DNA of 39,734 nucleotides, from sequence record OR594182; one strand, written 5' to 3'. How positions within the stretch are numbered: the stretch's first letter is position 1; every line of letters begins with the position of its first letter. Origin of the DNA: Escherichia phage vB_EcoM_SHAK7854. Below are positions 19,031 through 28,611 of the stretch, one piece after another. A program made the position numbers and the translations under genes. The notes beneath the pieces are model-generated. The model was not told the DNA's origin. It was given only the letters and a program-made list of their open reading frames with translations, and ran no database searches.

Positions 19031-19893
19031 GCGAAAAGAAAATAGCTCTGGTGCTAGACGGTGACTACTTAGTGTTCTCTTCTATGGCTGCTGCCGAGGA
19101 CGAGACAGACTGGGGTGATGGCATATGGACACTTATCTGCGACCATGAGAAGGCTCGTCGTATCCTTGAGAACACCATCGCTGAAATCGTTAAGAAGCGT
19201 AAGGCGTGGAAAGACGCTAAGATTGTGATGTGCTTTACTGACGATAACAACTGGCGTAAGGACGTGCTACCTACCTATAAGGCCAATCGTAAAGGTTCCC
19301 GCAAGCCTGTAGGTTACAAGAAGTTCGTAGCCGAAGTGATGGCTGACCCACGGTTCAACAGCTTCCTGCGTCCTACGCTTGAAGGTGATGACTGTATGGG
19401 CATCATCGGGACCAGACCTCAGATTGTCGGCTGTGACCATGCGGTTCTGGTATCCTGCGATAAGGACTTCAAGACCATCCCGAACTGCGAGTTCTTCTGG
19501 TTAACCACTGGTGAAATACTAAGTCATACGACTGCTGAGGCAGACTACTGGCACATGGAGCAGACCATCAAGGGTGACACTACAGATGGTTATGGCGGGA
19601 TTCCTGGGATGGGTGAGGACACCACTCGTGCGTTCCTTGACGAGCCGTACTACTTCGTGCAGGAGAGCCGTGAGCTTAAGACTGGCAAGAACAAAGGCCA
19701 GATTAAGACTGAGTGGAAGAAGTACCCTAAGCGTGAAGACATGACGCTGTGGGACTGCATGGTGACTCTGGCTGCTAAAGCTGGGATGACCGAGGAGGAA
19801 CTTCTGGTCCAAGCTCAGGTCGCTCGTATTTGTCGAGCCTCTGACTATGACCCTAAGTCAAAGGAGGTCATCCTGTGGACACCATCCATGTAA
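19027..19893 (+). CDS. 5-prime to 3-prime exonuclease (T7 gp6 family), GTG start
   Basis: LVLDGDYLVF, YKANRK, KPVGY, SCDKDFKTIPNCEFFW, TIKGDTTDGY, AKAGMTEEE; GGAGGA 6 nt before GTG. Confidence 0.9.
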   Translation: MSEKKIALVLDGDYLVFSSMAAAEDETDWGDGIWTLICDHEKARRILENTIAEIVKKRKAWKDAKIVMCFTDDNNWRKDVLPTYKANRKGSRKPVGYKKFVAEVMADPRFNSFLRPTLEGDDCMGIIGTRPQIVGCDHAVLVSCDKDFKTIPNCEFFWLTTGEILSHTTAEADYWHMEQTIKGDTTDGYGGIPGMGEDTTRAFLDEPYYFVQESRELKTGKNKGQIKTEWKKYPKREDMTLWDCMVTLAAKAGMTEEELLVQAQVARICRASDYDPKSKEVILWTPSM

Positions 19894-19900
19894 TTTACTG

Positions 19901-19923
19901 GGCCGGACTTCTGGCCCTTTACT
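19901..19923 (+). other. stem-loop after gene 6 (R6.5-like hairpin or weak terminator)
   Basis: GGGCCGG-ACTT-CTGGCCC followed by TTTACTG. Confidence 0.35.
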
Positions 19924-20019
19924 GCATGTACAAGTGGTTCGGGTCGAACAACCGCCCTAAACACTGAGTCTAACCGATAGTCATATCCTATCAATCCAAC
20001 AGTCATCCATAGGTGAAAT

Positions 20020-20042
20020 ACTAAACTATCACTATAGGGACT
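20020..20042 (+). promoter_or_regulatory. phage RNAP promoter (phi6.5-like)
   Basis: ACTAAACTATCACTATAGGGACT. Confidence 0.75.
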
Positions 20043-20103
20043 TTAGGACCTAAGATATGACTATAAGATAGACTTTAGTCTTAACTTAAAGAGGAGATTC
20101 AAG

Positions 20104-20376
20104 ATGGCGATTAATGCTATTGAAAACGTTGTTAAGCAGTTACAGGAAGAAAGACTTGATGTCCCTAACATCTCCCAGTCTGCCATCCAGTTCCTGCACG
20201 TACTGTTCAACGCAAGCTACGCTGAGAAGATGGGAGCTATCAGTCTCCTCAAGCAGCAGGGCTACAGCGATGCGTTCATTGCTGGGTTCATCAAGGGTCT
20301 CCAGTATTGTTCTGACACTCTCGACTCTGCGATTGCTATGCGTCGTGAGCTGAAAGATACCGTTCAGTTCGATTAA
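20104..20376 (+). CDS. hypothetical protein (90 aa; gene 6.5 position)
   Basis: GAGGAG RBS. Confidence 0.5.
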   Translation: MAINAIENVVKQLQEERLDVPNISQSAIQFLHVLFNASYAEKMGAISLLKQQGYSDAFIAGFIKGLQYCSDTLDSAIAMRRELKDTVQFD

Positions 20377-20390
20377 CTGTAGGAGGGACT

Positions 20391-20615
20391 ATGTGTTTCA
20401 GTCCAAAGATTAGCACTCCGAAGCCTTCGGTCCAAGCACCTGAACCAGCACCTCTGAGTGAGGAAGTTGCGTCAGTTGACATCGGGGCTGAATCGGATGT
20501 GGACACCAACGAGACCAAAGGTATCAAAGACCTTAAGGTCAAGAAGGAGTCTGCACCTAAAGATAAATCGTCAGTAAGTCGCGCTATGCGTAACTCTGGC
20601 GTCAACATGGGGTAA
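20391..20615 (+). CDS. gp6.7-like virion protein
   Basis: N-terminus MCFSPKISTPK...EPAPL matches T7 gp6.7. Confidence 0.75.
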   Translation: MCFSPKISTPKPSVQAPEPAPLSEEVASVDIGAESDVDTNETKGIKDLKVKKESAPKDKSSVSRAMRNSGVNMG

Positions 20616-20619
20616 GACA

Positions 20620-21042
20620 ATGCTACCATATCTCAACTCACGCGAAGGTCGCCACATGTGCGCTTGTCGCCTCTGGGAAGACGGGCAGTCTAACTTCAAG
20701 TCATTTGAGAACTTCAAGGCTCATACTTACCGTATGGCTGACGAGTTCGACGGTGAGGAGTACACAATCTACGATGTCTCAGGTCAACCAGTAGCGTATC
20801 TCTACATGCTGGCTACCGCATCATGGCACCGACCGACTCCCGGTCTTGACCTTTCAATCGTTGCTATTCGTCGTGACTCGCAGTCCTCCCGCAAGGTTCT
20901 TGAGACTGTCAGGCACATCATAAACGAAGAATGCAAGCGTTGGGGTCTTGGCTGGTATTCTCGTGTCAAGCATGTTTCCGGGTCGGTAGACATCGTAACA
21001 ACCAAGTGCGTTAGCACGAACAAGGAGATTAACCGTGGGTAA
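20620..21042 (+). CDS. hypothetical protein (140 aa; gene 7 position)
   Basis: position and size only. Confidence 0.5.
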   Translation: MLPYLNSREGRHMCACRLWEDGQSNFKSFENFKAHTYRMADEFDGEEYTIYDVSGQPVAYLYMLATASWHRPTPGLDLSIVAIRRDSQSSRKVLETVRHIINEECKRWGLGWYSRVKHVSGSVDIVTTKCVSTNKEINRG

Positions 21043-21283
21043 ATCAATCAGTAAGGCTTTCAAGAAAGTGGTGAACAATGCGTTGGGGACCGTTGGTCTA
21101 GGTAAGGACGATGCGCCTAAGGTTGTTGAGGCTCAGACCCCAGCAGCACCAGTGGAAGTACCGAACGACAAAGTGGAGGATGTGGATACTGAAACAACCG
21201 CATCTGACGAGAAGAAAGTGAAGCGTTCCGGTAAGCGTAGCCTTCAGGTCTCTCGTACCTCTGGTGGCGGTATTTCTATTTAA
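21035..21283 (+). CDS. gp7.3-like tail/ejection protein, GTG start
   Basis: C-terminal KRSGKRSLQVSRTSGGGISI matches T7 gp7.3 tail; AAGGAG RBS. Confidence 0.8.
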   Translation: MGKSISKAFKKVVNNALGTVGLGKDDAPKVVEAQTPAAPVEVPNDKVEDVDTETTASDEKKVKRSGKRSLQVSRTSGGGISI

Positions 21284-21294
21284 GGAGGTGACGA

Positions 21295-22863
21295 ATGGCT
21301 GAACGTGAAGGGTTCGCTGCTGAAGGAGCCAAAGCGGTCTATGACCGACTGAAGAACGGTAGACAGCCATATGAGACACGCGCTCAGAACTGTGCTGCTG
21401 TCACTATCCCGTCACTGTTTCCTAAGGAGTCCGACAACTCGTCTACTGAGTACACCACTCCGTGGCAAGCTGTGGGTGCTCGCTGCTTGAACAACTTGGC
21501 TGCGAAGCTGATGTTGGCATTATTCCCTCAGTCACCGTGGATGCGACTTACAGTCTCCGAATATGAGGCAAAGACCTTGAGTCAGGACTCAGAGGCGGCT
21601 GCTCGTGTTGATGAAGGGCTGGCTATGGTCGAGCGTGTGTTGATGGCTTACATGGAGACTAACAGTTTCCGTGTCCCATTATTCGAGGCGCTGAAGCAGC
21701 TTATCGTCTCAGGTAACTGCCTGCTCTACATCCCTCCTCCAGAACAAGGAACCTACAGTCCTATGCGAATGTACCGCTTAGTGTCCTACGTTGTTCAACG
21801 TGATGCTTTCGGTAACATCTTACAGATTGTGACTCTCGACAAGGTAGCGTTTAGTGCTCTACCGGAAGACGTGAAGTCTCAACTCAACGCAGACGACTAT
21901 GAGCCTGACACCGAGCTTGAAGTCTATACGCACATCTACCGTCAGGACGACGAGTATCTGCGCTACGAGGAAGTGGAAGGCATTGAGGTGACAGGTACCG
22001 ATGGTTCCTACCCGCTGACTGCATGTCCATACATCCCGGTACGAATGGTTCGACTGGATGGTGAAGACTACGGTCGTTCTTACTGCGAGGAGTATCTGGG
22101 CGACCTCAACTCGCTGGAGACGATTACAGAAGCTATCACAAAAATGGCTAAGGTAGCCTCCAAGGTGGTGGGCCTCGTTAACCCGAACGGTATCACGCAG
22201 CCTAGACGTCTGAACAAGGCGGCTACAGGTGAGTTCGTGGCTGGTCGAGTTGAGGACATCAACTTCCTGCAACTGACGAAAGGTCAGGACTTTACGATTG
22301 CTAAGTCGGTGGCTGACGCTATCGAGCAACGTTTAGGCTGGGCCTTCCTTCTTAATAGTGCTGTTCAGCGTAATGCCGAGCGTGTCACTGCTGAAGAGAT
22401 TCGTTATGTTGCTGGCGAACTGGAGGCGACCTTAGGTGGCGTGTACTCAGTACAGTCACAAGAGCTTCAGTTGCCTATCGTCCGTGTGCTGATGAACCAA
22501 CTTCAGTCTGCTGGCATGATTCCAGACCTTCCGAAAGAAGCGGTAGAGCCTACGGTCTCCACTGGTCTGGAAGCGTTAGGTCGTGGTCAGGACTTAGAGA
22601 AGCTGACTCAGGCAGTCAACATGATGACCGGGCTACAGCCTCTACAACAGGACCCAGACATTAACTTGCCTACACTGAAGCTGCGACTGCTGAATGCCTT
22701 AGGCATTGACACCGCTGGTCTGCTACTGACTCAGGACGAGAAGTTGCAACGCATGGCTGAACAATCCGCTCAAGGAGCTGTGGTCAATGGTGCGTCTGCT
22801 GCTGGTGCTAACATGGGTGCTGCTGTGGGTCAGGGAGCTGGTGAGGACATGGCTCAAGCCTAA
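21295..22863 (+). CDS. portal (head-tail connector) protein (T7 gp8 family)
   Basis: YETRAQNCA, TIPSLFPK, TPWQAVGAR, YVVQRDAFGN, LRYEEVEG, GRSYCEEYLGDL, RVTAEEIRYVA. Confidence 0.95.
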   Translation: MAEREGFAAEGAKAVYDRLKNGRQPYETRAQNCAAVTIPSLFPKESDNSSTEYTTPWQAVGARCLNNLAAKLMLALFPQSPWMRLTVSEYEAKTLSQDSEAAARVDEGLAMVERVLMAYMETNSFRVPLFEALKQLIVSGNCLLYIPPPEQGTYSPMRMYRLVSYVVQRDAFGNILQIVTLDKVAFSALPEDVKSQLNADDYEPDTELEVYTHIYRQDDEYLRYEEVEGIEVTGTDGSYPLTACPYIPVRMVRLDGEDYGRSYCEEYLGDLNSLETITEAITKMAKVASKVVGLVNPNGITQPRRLNKAATGEFVAGRVEDINFLQLTKGQDFTIAKSVADAIEQRLGWAFLLNSAVQRNAERVTAEEIRYVAGELEATLGGVYSVQSQELQLPIVRVLMNQLQSAGMIPDLPKEAVEPTVSTGLEALGRGQDLEKLTQAVNMMTGLQPLQQDPDINLPTLKLRLLNALGIDTAGLLLTQDEKLQRMAEQSAQGAVVNGASAAGANMGAAVGQGAGEDMAQA

Positions 22864-22881
22864 ACTATCACTATAGGAACA
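22859..22881 (+). promoter_or_regulatory. phage RNAP promoter (phi9-like)
   Basis: CCTAAACTATCACTATAGGAACA; overlaps portal stop codon. Confidence 0.7.
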
Positions 22882-22952
22882 ACGTCTGGTCTACAATTTG
22901 TAGGTTTCTAGTCCAGTTGTTCCTACCATTTCAATCAAAGGAGAATGACTCA

Positions 22953-23837
22953 ATGTCTCAATCAGTTTATGCCGAGTTCGGCGTTAGCTCTAATGCAATC
23001 ACTGGTTCCGTTGAGGACCTGAACGAACACCAGAAGTCTATGCTTGAACAGGACGTAGCTGTTCGTGATGGCGATGACGCTATTACCTTCAAGCAACTGG
23101 AAGCCGAAAACGAAGAGGCGACCGAAGAAGACGAGAACGTCGAAGAGACGGAGGGTGCTGAAGACAACGAGTCCGATGACGAAGAGTCTGAGACCGATGG
23201 TGAGCAGCCTGAGTTCATTGAACTGGGTGATGCACCGAAAGAGCTGACCGAAAGTGTCACCGCTCTGGATGAAAACGAAGCTGCATTTGACGACATGGTG
23301 TCTTCCGCTGTAGAAGCTGGCAAGGTCACTGCTGATGAAATTACCGCTATCAAGGCTGAATACGCCAAGGACGGTAAGCTGTCTGACGCATCCTACGCTA
23401 AGTTGCAGGAAGCAGGTTACACCAAGCGTTTCGTAGATTCGTTTGTCCGTGGTCAGGAAGCTCTGGCTGAACAGTATGCTGCTGGAGTGGTTCGCTACGC
23501 TGGTGGAGCTGAACAGTTTAACCGCATTCTGTCTCACCTTGAGTCAACCGACCCGTCAACTCGTGAGGCACTGGAAGCTGCTATCGTTCGTAAGGACATT
23601 TCGACTACCAAAGCTCTGCTGAATCTGGCTGGCAAGACTCTGGGTAAAGCTGTTGGTGTTAAACCTCAGCGTACCATCACCACTCAGGCTAAACCTGTGG
23701 TCGCACCTAAGGCTCCTCAGACCGAAGCATTCAGCTCCAAGGCTGACATGATTAAGGCTATGAGTGACCCGCGATACCTTCGTGACGCTAAGTACACGAT
23801 GGAAGTACGCGCTAAGGTAGCTGCCTCAAGCCTGTAG
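22953..23837 (+). CDS. capsid assembly scaffolding protein (T7 gp9 family)
   Basis: VYAEFGVSS, acidic central region, GYTKRFVDSFVRGQEALAEQY, IKAMSDPRY; start at ATG 22953 after AAGGAG. Confidence 0.9.
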   Translation: MSQSVYAEFGVSSNAITGSVEDLNEHQKSMLEQDVAVRDGDDAITFKQLEAENEEATEEDENVEETEGAEDNESDDEESETDGEQPEFIELGDAPKELTESVTALDENEAAFDDMVSSAVEAGKVTADEITAIKAEYAKDGKLSDASYAKLQEAGYTKRFVDSFVRGQEALAEQYAAGVVRYAGGAEQFNRILSHLESTDPSTREALEAAIVRKDISTTKALLNLAGKTLGKAVGVKPQRTITTQAKPVVAPKAPQTEAFSSKADMIKAMSDPRYLRDAKYTMEVRAKVAASSL

Positions 23838-23838
23838 G

Positions 23839-23861
23839 ACTAAACTATCACTATAGGGAGA
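23839..23861 (+). promoter_or_regulatory. phage RNAP promoter (phi10-like, strongest consensus match)
   Basis: ACTAAACTATCACTATAGGGAGA; +1..+6 GGGAGA as in T7 class III. Confidence 0.8.
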
Positions 23862-23963
23862 CCAAGAGACAGACTCAGGGTTTCCCTATTACTTCAGTCC
23901 ATACGGATTGGGCGTACAGTAAGTAATAAACTTTATCTTTCAATTGAATAGGAGAATTATCAT

Positions 23964-25013
23964 ATGGCAAACGTTCCGGGTCAGAAAGTTGGTACAGACC
24001 AAGGTAAAGGCAAATCTGGTTCCGACGCTCTGGCGTTGTTCCTGAAGGTCTTTGCTGGTGAAGTCCTGACCGCATTCACTCGCCGCTCTGTAACTGCTGA
24101 CAAGCATATTGTCCGTACCATTCAGAACGGTAAGTCTGCTCAGTTCCCGGTCATGGGACGCACCTCTGGGGTGTATCTGGCTCCGGGTGAGCGACTGTCC
24201 GATAAGCGTAAAGGTATCAAACATACCGAGAAAGTGATTACCATTGATGGTCTGCTGACTGCCGATGTGATGATTTTCGACATTGAAGACGCGATGAACC
24301 ACTATGACGTGGCTGGCGAGTACTCCAACCAGTTGGGCGAAGCTCTGGCTATCGCTGCCGATGGTGCGGTACTGGCTGAGATGGCTATTCTGTGTAACCT
24401 ACCGGCTGCATCTGATGAAAACATCGCTGGTCTTGGCAAAGCGTCTGTGCTGGAAGTTGGTACTAAAGCAGACCTGAACACTCCGGCTAAGCTGGGTGAA
24501 GCAATCATCGGTCAACTGACCATTGCTCGTGCGAAGCTGACATCCAACTACGTTCCTGCTGGCGACCGTTACTTCTACACCACGCCGGACAACTACTCTG
24601 CAATCCTCGCGGCTCTGATGCCGAACGCTGCTAACTATGCTGCGCTGATTGACCCAGAGACTGGTAACATCCGTAACGTAATGGGCTTCGTGGTTGTTGA
24701 AGTTCCACACTTGACTCAGGGTGGTGCTGGGGAAACTCGTGGTGCCGATGGTATCACTATTGCGACTGGTCAGAAGCACGCCTTCCCAGCTACTGCTACT
24801 GGTGATGTTAAAGTTGCTCTGGACAACGTTGTGGGCCTGTTCTCTCACCGTTCTGCTGTAGGTACTGTTAAGCTGCGTGACTTGGCGCTGGAACGTGACC
24901 GTGACGTCGATGCTCAGGGCGACCTGATTGTTGGTAAGTACGCTATGGGTCACGGTGGTCTGCGTCCAGAAGCAGCAGGCGCACTGGTTTTCACAGCGGC
25001 GTCAGCGGGTTAA
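23964..25013 (+). CDS. major capsid protein 10A (T7 gp10A family)
   Basis: 349 aa; KSAQFPV, HTEKVITIDGLLTADV, YSAILAALMPNAANYAALIDPE, HRSAVGTVKLRDLALER, KYAMGHGGLRPEAAG. Confidence 0.95.
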   Translation: MANVPGQKVGTDQGKGKSGSDALALFLKVFAGEVLTAFTRRSVTADKHIVRTIQNGKSAQFPVMGRTSGVYLAPGERLSDKRKGIKHTEKVITIDGLLTADVMIFDIEDAMNHYDVAGEYSNQLGEALAIAADGAVLAEMAILCNLPAASDENIAGLGKASVLEVGTKADLNTPAKLGEAIIGQLTIARAKLTSNYVPAGDRYFYTTPDNYSAILAALMPNAANYAALIDPETGNIRNVMGFVVVEVPHLTQGGAGETRGADGITIATGQKHAFPATATGDVKVALDNVVGLFSHRSAVGTVKLRDLALERDRDVDAQGDLIVGKYAMGHGGLRPEAAGALVFTAASAG

Positions 25014-25276
25014 CGACCTTTAAGGCCCTCTCTACAGAGGGTCCTACCTTAGAGACGTATAGTTCTACGGTGGGGACCAGCTTGAAGGTTGACTTCCCGG
25101 AGCTTTCAGATGTGACCGATTGGTCGCTTCTTGAGGTGACTACGCCTGATGGTGTTAGCTACTCCCGTAGAACCAACAGTCTCTACTTCAAGGCCACCTC
25201 TGGCGTGGAAGGTCTGGTGATTGTTGGGTATGACGGTGCGCCTGTGCGTTCCTTCAACGTATCTTTCACAAACTAA
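23964..25276 (+). CDS. minor capsid protein 10B-like, predicted product of a -1 ribosomal frameshift at GGTTTTC (24986..24992)
   Basis: same heptanucleotide context as the T7 10A/10B shift site; -1 frame open from 24938 to the stop at 25274..25276. Confidence 0.45.
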
Positions 25277-25281
25277 TTGAA

Positions 25282-25320
25282 ACCCCTTGGGTGCCTTCGG
25301 GTGCTTGAGGGGTTTTTTTG
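25282..25320 (+). terminator. Tphi-like terminator after the capsid gene
   Basis: AACCCCTTGGGTGCCTTCGGGTGCTTGAGGGGTTTTTTTG resembles T7 Tphi. Confidence 0.8.
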
Positions 25321-25340
25321 CTTAATGATGAGGAGGGACT

Positions 25341-25430
25341 ATGTTCCTTATTTACACATGGTTAGCACTATTCGTCTTATTCTGGGCGTACCTGCTGCCC
25401 AGCTCACCGTCTAGCCCCTATGACCGCTAA
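25341..25430 (+). CDS. hypothetical small hydrophobic peptide (29 aa) between Tphi and gene 11
   Basis: GAGGAGGG RBS 6 nt upstream; MFLIYTWLALFVLFWAYLLPSSPSSPYDR. Confidence 0.3.
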   Translation: MFLIYTWLALFVLFWAYLLPSSPSSPYDR

Positions 25431-25441
25431 GGAGTAAACCT

Positions 25442-26008
25442 ATGTCTCAATACATTCCACTTAATGCTAACGATGACTTAGATGCCATCAACGATATGTT
25501 AGCTGCTATTGGTGAACCAGCAGTCCTACAGCTTGACGAAGGTAACGCTGACGTCTCGAACGCTCAACGTATCCTGCATCGTGTTAATCGTCAGGTCCAA
25601 GCTAAAGGCTGGAACTTTAACATCAACGAAGCTGCTGTCCTGACGCCTGATGTCCAAGACAACAGGATTCGATTCCTGCCGTCTTACCTTCGGGTCATGA
25701 CTGCTGGGGCCACCAGCTACTACAGCAACATGGGTGGATACCTATACGACCTGTCCACTCAGTCAACCACTTTCACCGACCCTATAACGGTAGAGCTTGT
25801 TGAGATGAAACCGTTCTCGGAGATGCCTGTGGTATTCAGGGACTACATCGTTACCAAGGCCAGCCGTGAGTTCAACGCTAAGTTCTTCGGTAGCCAAGAG
25901 TCTGAACTGTACCTTCGTGAGCAGGAATCAGAACTCTATCAGCAGGTCATGGAATACGAGATGGACACTGGTCGCTACAACATGATGTCCGACATCGGGA
26001 GGGACTAA
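25442..26008 (+). CDS. tail tubular protein A (T7 gp11 family)
   Basis: IGEPAV, RILHRVNRQVQAKGWNFNI, GGYLYDLSTQS, YIVTKASREFNAKFFG, MEYEMDTGRYNM. Confidence 0.92.
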   Translation: MSQYIPLNANDDLDAINDMLAAIGEPAVLQLDEGNADVSNAQRILHRVNRQVQAKGWNFNINEAAVLTPDVQDNRIRFLPSYLRVMTAGATSYYSNMGGYLYDLSTQSTTFTDPITVELVEMKPFSEMPVVFRDYIVTKASREFNAKFFGSQESELYLREQESELYQQVMEYEMDTGRYNMMSDIGRD

Positions 26009-26235
26009 TGGCTAGTCACAACCTGAAGATTCACCGCCAGCACTTTGGTCCGGTACAACTAGGTCTAAAGACAGCAGAGCTGAGACTTAACGACCGGGAC
26101 TTTAAGGTTGGCGACTGGCTTATCCTGAATGAGTGGGACAACGGGTATACTGGACAACAGGTAGCACGTAAGGTTGTCCACATTGCTGACGTTGGTGACA
26201 TCGCTGAGGGATACGTCCTAATGAGTATGATTTAA
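26008..26235 (+). CDS. small ASCH/PUA-like domain protein (75 aa) inserted between gp11 and gp12
   Basis: GLKTAELR fits the ASCH signature GxKxxExR; TAATG coupling to gp11; GGGAGGG RBS. Confidence 0.55.
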   Translation: MASHNLKIHRQHFGPVQLGLKTAELRLNDRDFKVGDWLILNEWDNGYTGQQVARKVVHIADVGDIAEGYVLMSMI

Positions 26236-26244
26236 GGAGGGCCT

Positions 26245-28602
26245 ATGCCACTAATTACTCAATCAATCAAGAACCTTAAAGGTGGCATTAGCCAGCAGCC
26301 AGACATCCTGAGGTTCTCGGACCAAGGCGAGGAACAGGTAAACTGCTGGTCATCAGAGAGTGATGGCCTACAGAAGCGTCCACCTACAGTCTTCAAGAGA
26401 CGTCTTAACATCGACGTTGGGAGCAACCCTAAGTTCCACCTGATTAACCGTGACGAGCATGAGCAGTATTACATCGTGTTCAACGGGTCAAACATTCAGG
26501 TAGTTGACTTGAGTGGTAATCAATACTCAGTTTCCGGTGCGGTAGATTACGTTAAGTCGTCCAACCCGCGAGATGACATCCGTGTCGTTACTGTTGCAGA
26601 CTATACGTTCGTCGTTAACCGTAAGGTTGTCGTTAAAGGTGGAAGCGATAAGTCACACTCTGGTTATAATCGTAAAGCACGCGCTTTAATTAACCTGCGC
26701 GGTGGACAGTATGGTCGCACCCTTAAGGTAGGAATCAACGGTGGAGTTAAGGTCTCGCATAAGCTGCCAGCAGGTAATGATGCCGAGAATGACCCACCTA
26801 AGGTGGACGCTCAAGCCATTGGTGCAGCTCTGAGAGACCTTCTTGTTGCTGCCTATCCTACCTTCACGTTCGACCTTGGGTCTGGCTTCCTGCTAATCAC
26901 AGCTCCTTCAGGGACCGACATTAACTCAGTGGAGACTGAGGATGGATACGCTAACCAGCTAATCAGCCCAGTCCTCGACACGGTGCAAACAATCTCTAAG
27001 TTGCCTCTTGCGGCTCCAAATGGGTACATCATTAAGATTCAAGGTGAGACCAACAGTAGCGCCGATGAATATTACGTGATGTATGACTCCAACACTAAGA
27101 CGTGGAAGGAGACAGTAGAGCCGGGAGTGGTCACTGGGTTCGATAACACCACAATGCCACATGCTCTGGTGAGACAATCTGACGGCTCCTTTGAGTTCGA
27201 GACTCTGGACTGGTCCAAGCGTGGTGCTGGTAATGATGACACAAACCCTATGCCTAGCTTCGTGGATGCCACGATTAACGATGTGTTCTTCTACAGGAAC
27301 AGGCTGGGGTTCTTGTCAGGTGAGAACGTAATCATGAGCCGTTCAGCCAGCTACTTTGCGTTCTTCCCTAAGAGTGTGGCGACACTGAGTGATGATGACC
27401 CTATTGATGTAGCTGTAAGTCACCCTAGAATCTCAATACTTAAGTATGCCGTTCCGTTTAGCGAGCAGCTACTACTTTGGTCTGATGAGGTTCAGTTTGT
27501 GATGACAAGCTCTGGGGTCCTTACCTCGAAGTCTATCCAGCTTGATGTAGGCTCAGAGTTTGCCTTAGGTGACAATGCCAGACCGTTCGCTGTAGGACGC
27601 TCAGTCTTCTTCTCAGCTCCTCGTGGGTCATTCACCAGCATTAAGAGATACTTCGCTGTAGCTGATGTGTCTGATGTGAAGGATGCCGATGATACAACTG
27701 GTCACGTACTGTCCTACATCCCTAACGGGGTGTTTGATATTCAAGGTACAGGGACTGAGAACTACATCTGCGTCAACTCTACAGGTGCATACAACCGTAT
27801 CTACATCTACAAGTTCTTGTTTAAGGATGGCGTACAGCTTCAAGCCTCTTGGTCACACTGGGAGTTCCCTAAAGCTGATAAGATTCTGGCATCTGCTTCC
27901 ATTGGCTCTACCATGTTCATTGTTCGTCAGCACCAAGGCGGCGTGGACCTTGAGCACCTTAAGTTCATCAAGGAGGCAACTGACTTTCCGTCAGAGCCGT
28001 ATAGACTCCACGTTGACTCCAAGGTGTCTATGGTCATCCCAATTGGCTCGTTTAATGCTGACACATATAAGACTACGGTTGACATTGGTGCTGCTTATGG
28101 TGGTAATGCCCCTTCTCCCGGTCGGTACTATCTGATTGACAGTCAGGGTGCTTATTTGGACCTTGGGGACTTGACCAGTATCTCTACTGTGATTACCCTC
28201 AACGGCGATTGGTCAGGACGTACAGTGTTCATCGGGAGGCCCTATCTGATGTCCTACAAGTTCTCACGGTTCCTGATTAAGATTGAAGATGATAGTGGCA
28301 CCCAGTCTGAAGACACTGGTCGTCTACAGCTTCGTCGGGCTTGGGTCAACTACAAGGACACTGGCGCTCTGAGACTCATTGTCAGAAACGGTGAGCGAGA
28401 GTTCGTTAACACCTTTAATGGGTACACCCTTGGTCAGCAGACCATAGGGACTACTAACATTGGTGAAGGGCAGTATCGCTTCGCTATGAATGGTAACGCA
28501 TTGACCACGAGTCTAACCTTAGAGTCCGACTATCCTACCCCAGTGTCAATCGTTGGGTGTGGCTGGGAGGCGTCATACGCTAAGAAAGCTCGTTCCGTTT
28601 AA
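26245..28602 (+). CDS. tail tubular protein B (T7 gp12 family)
   Basis: SQSIKNLKGGISQQPDILR, HLINRDEHEQYY, VTVADYTFVVNR, NDVFFYRNRLGFLSGEN, DDDPIDVAVS, LQLRRAWVNY, GCGWE. Confidence 0.95.
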   Translation: MPLITQSIKNLKGGISQQPDILRFSDQGEEQVNCWSSESDGLQKRPPTVFKRRLNIDVGSNPKFHLINRDEHEQYYIVFNGSNIQVVDLSGNQYSVSGAVDYVKSSNPRDDIRVVTVADYTFVVNRKVVVKGGSDKSHSGYNRKARALINLRGGQYGRTLKVGINGGVKVSHKLPAGNDAENDPPKVDAQAIGAALRDLLVAAYPTFTFDLGSGFLLITAPSGTDINSVETEDGYANQLISPVLDTVQTISKLPLAAPNGYIIKIQGETNSSADEYYVMYDSNTKTWKETVEPGVVTGFDNTTMPHALVRQSDGSFEFETLDWSKRGAGNDDTNPMPSFVDATINDVFFYRNRLGFLSGENVIMSRSASYFAFFPKSVATLSDDDPIDVAVSHPRISILKYAVPFSEQLLLWSDEVQFVMTSSGVLTSKSIQLDVGSEFALGDNARPFAVGRSVFFSAPRGSFTSIKRYFAVADVSDVKDADDTTGHVLSYIPNGVFDIQGTGTENYICVNSTGAYNRIYIYKFLFKDGVQLQASWSHWEFPKADKILASASIGSTMFIVRQHQGGVDLEHLKFIKEATDFPSEPYRLHVDSKVSMVIPIGSFNADTYKTTVDIGAAYGGNAPSPGRYYLIDSQGAYLDLGDLTSISTVITLNGDWSGRTVFIGRPYLMSYKFSRFLIKIEDDSGTQSEDTGRLQLRRAWVNYKDTGALRLIVRNGEREFVNTFNGYTLGQQTIGTTNIGEGQYRFAMNGNALTTSLTLESDYPTPVSIVGCGWEASYAKKARSV

Positions 28603-28611
28603 CTTATTGAA

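Noticed and set aside
22917-22952. Upstream start for scaffolding protein
   Set aside because: ATG at 22953 follows AAGGAG and aligns with the T7 gp9 N-terminus; the extension would start inside the promoter transcript leader.
22962-23537. Minus-strand ORFs of 60-190 aa (for example 22962..23537, 24399..24953, 29114..29605, 21859..22329, 6089..6463)
   Set aside because: All lie antisense inside well-supported + strand genes with strong homology; T7-like genomes are transcribed from one strand; none has a convincing RBS.
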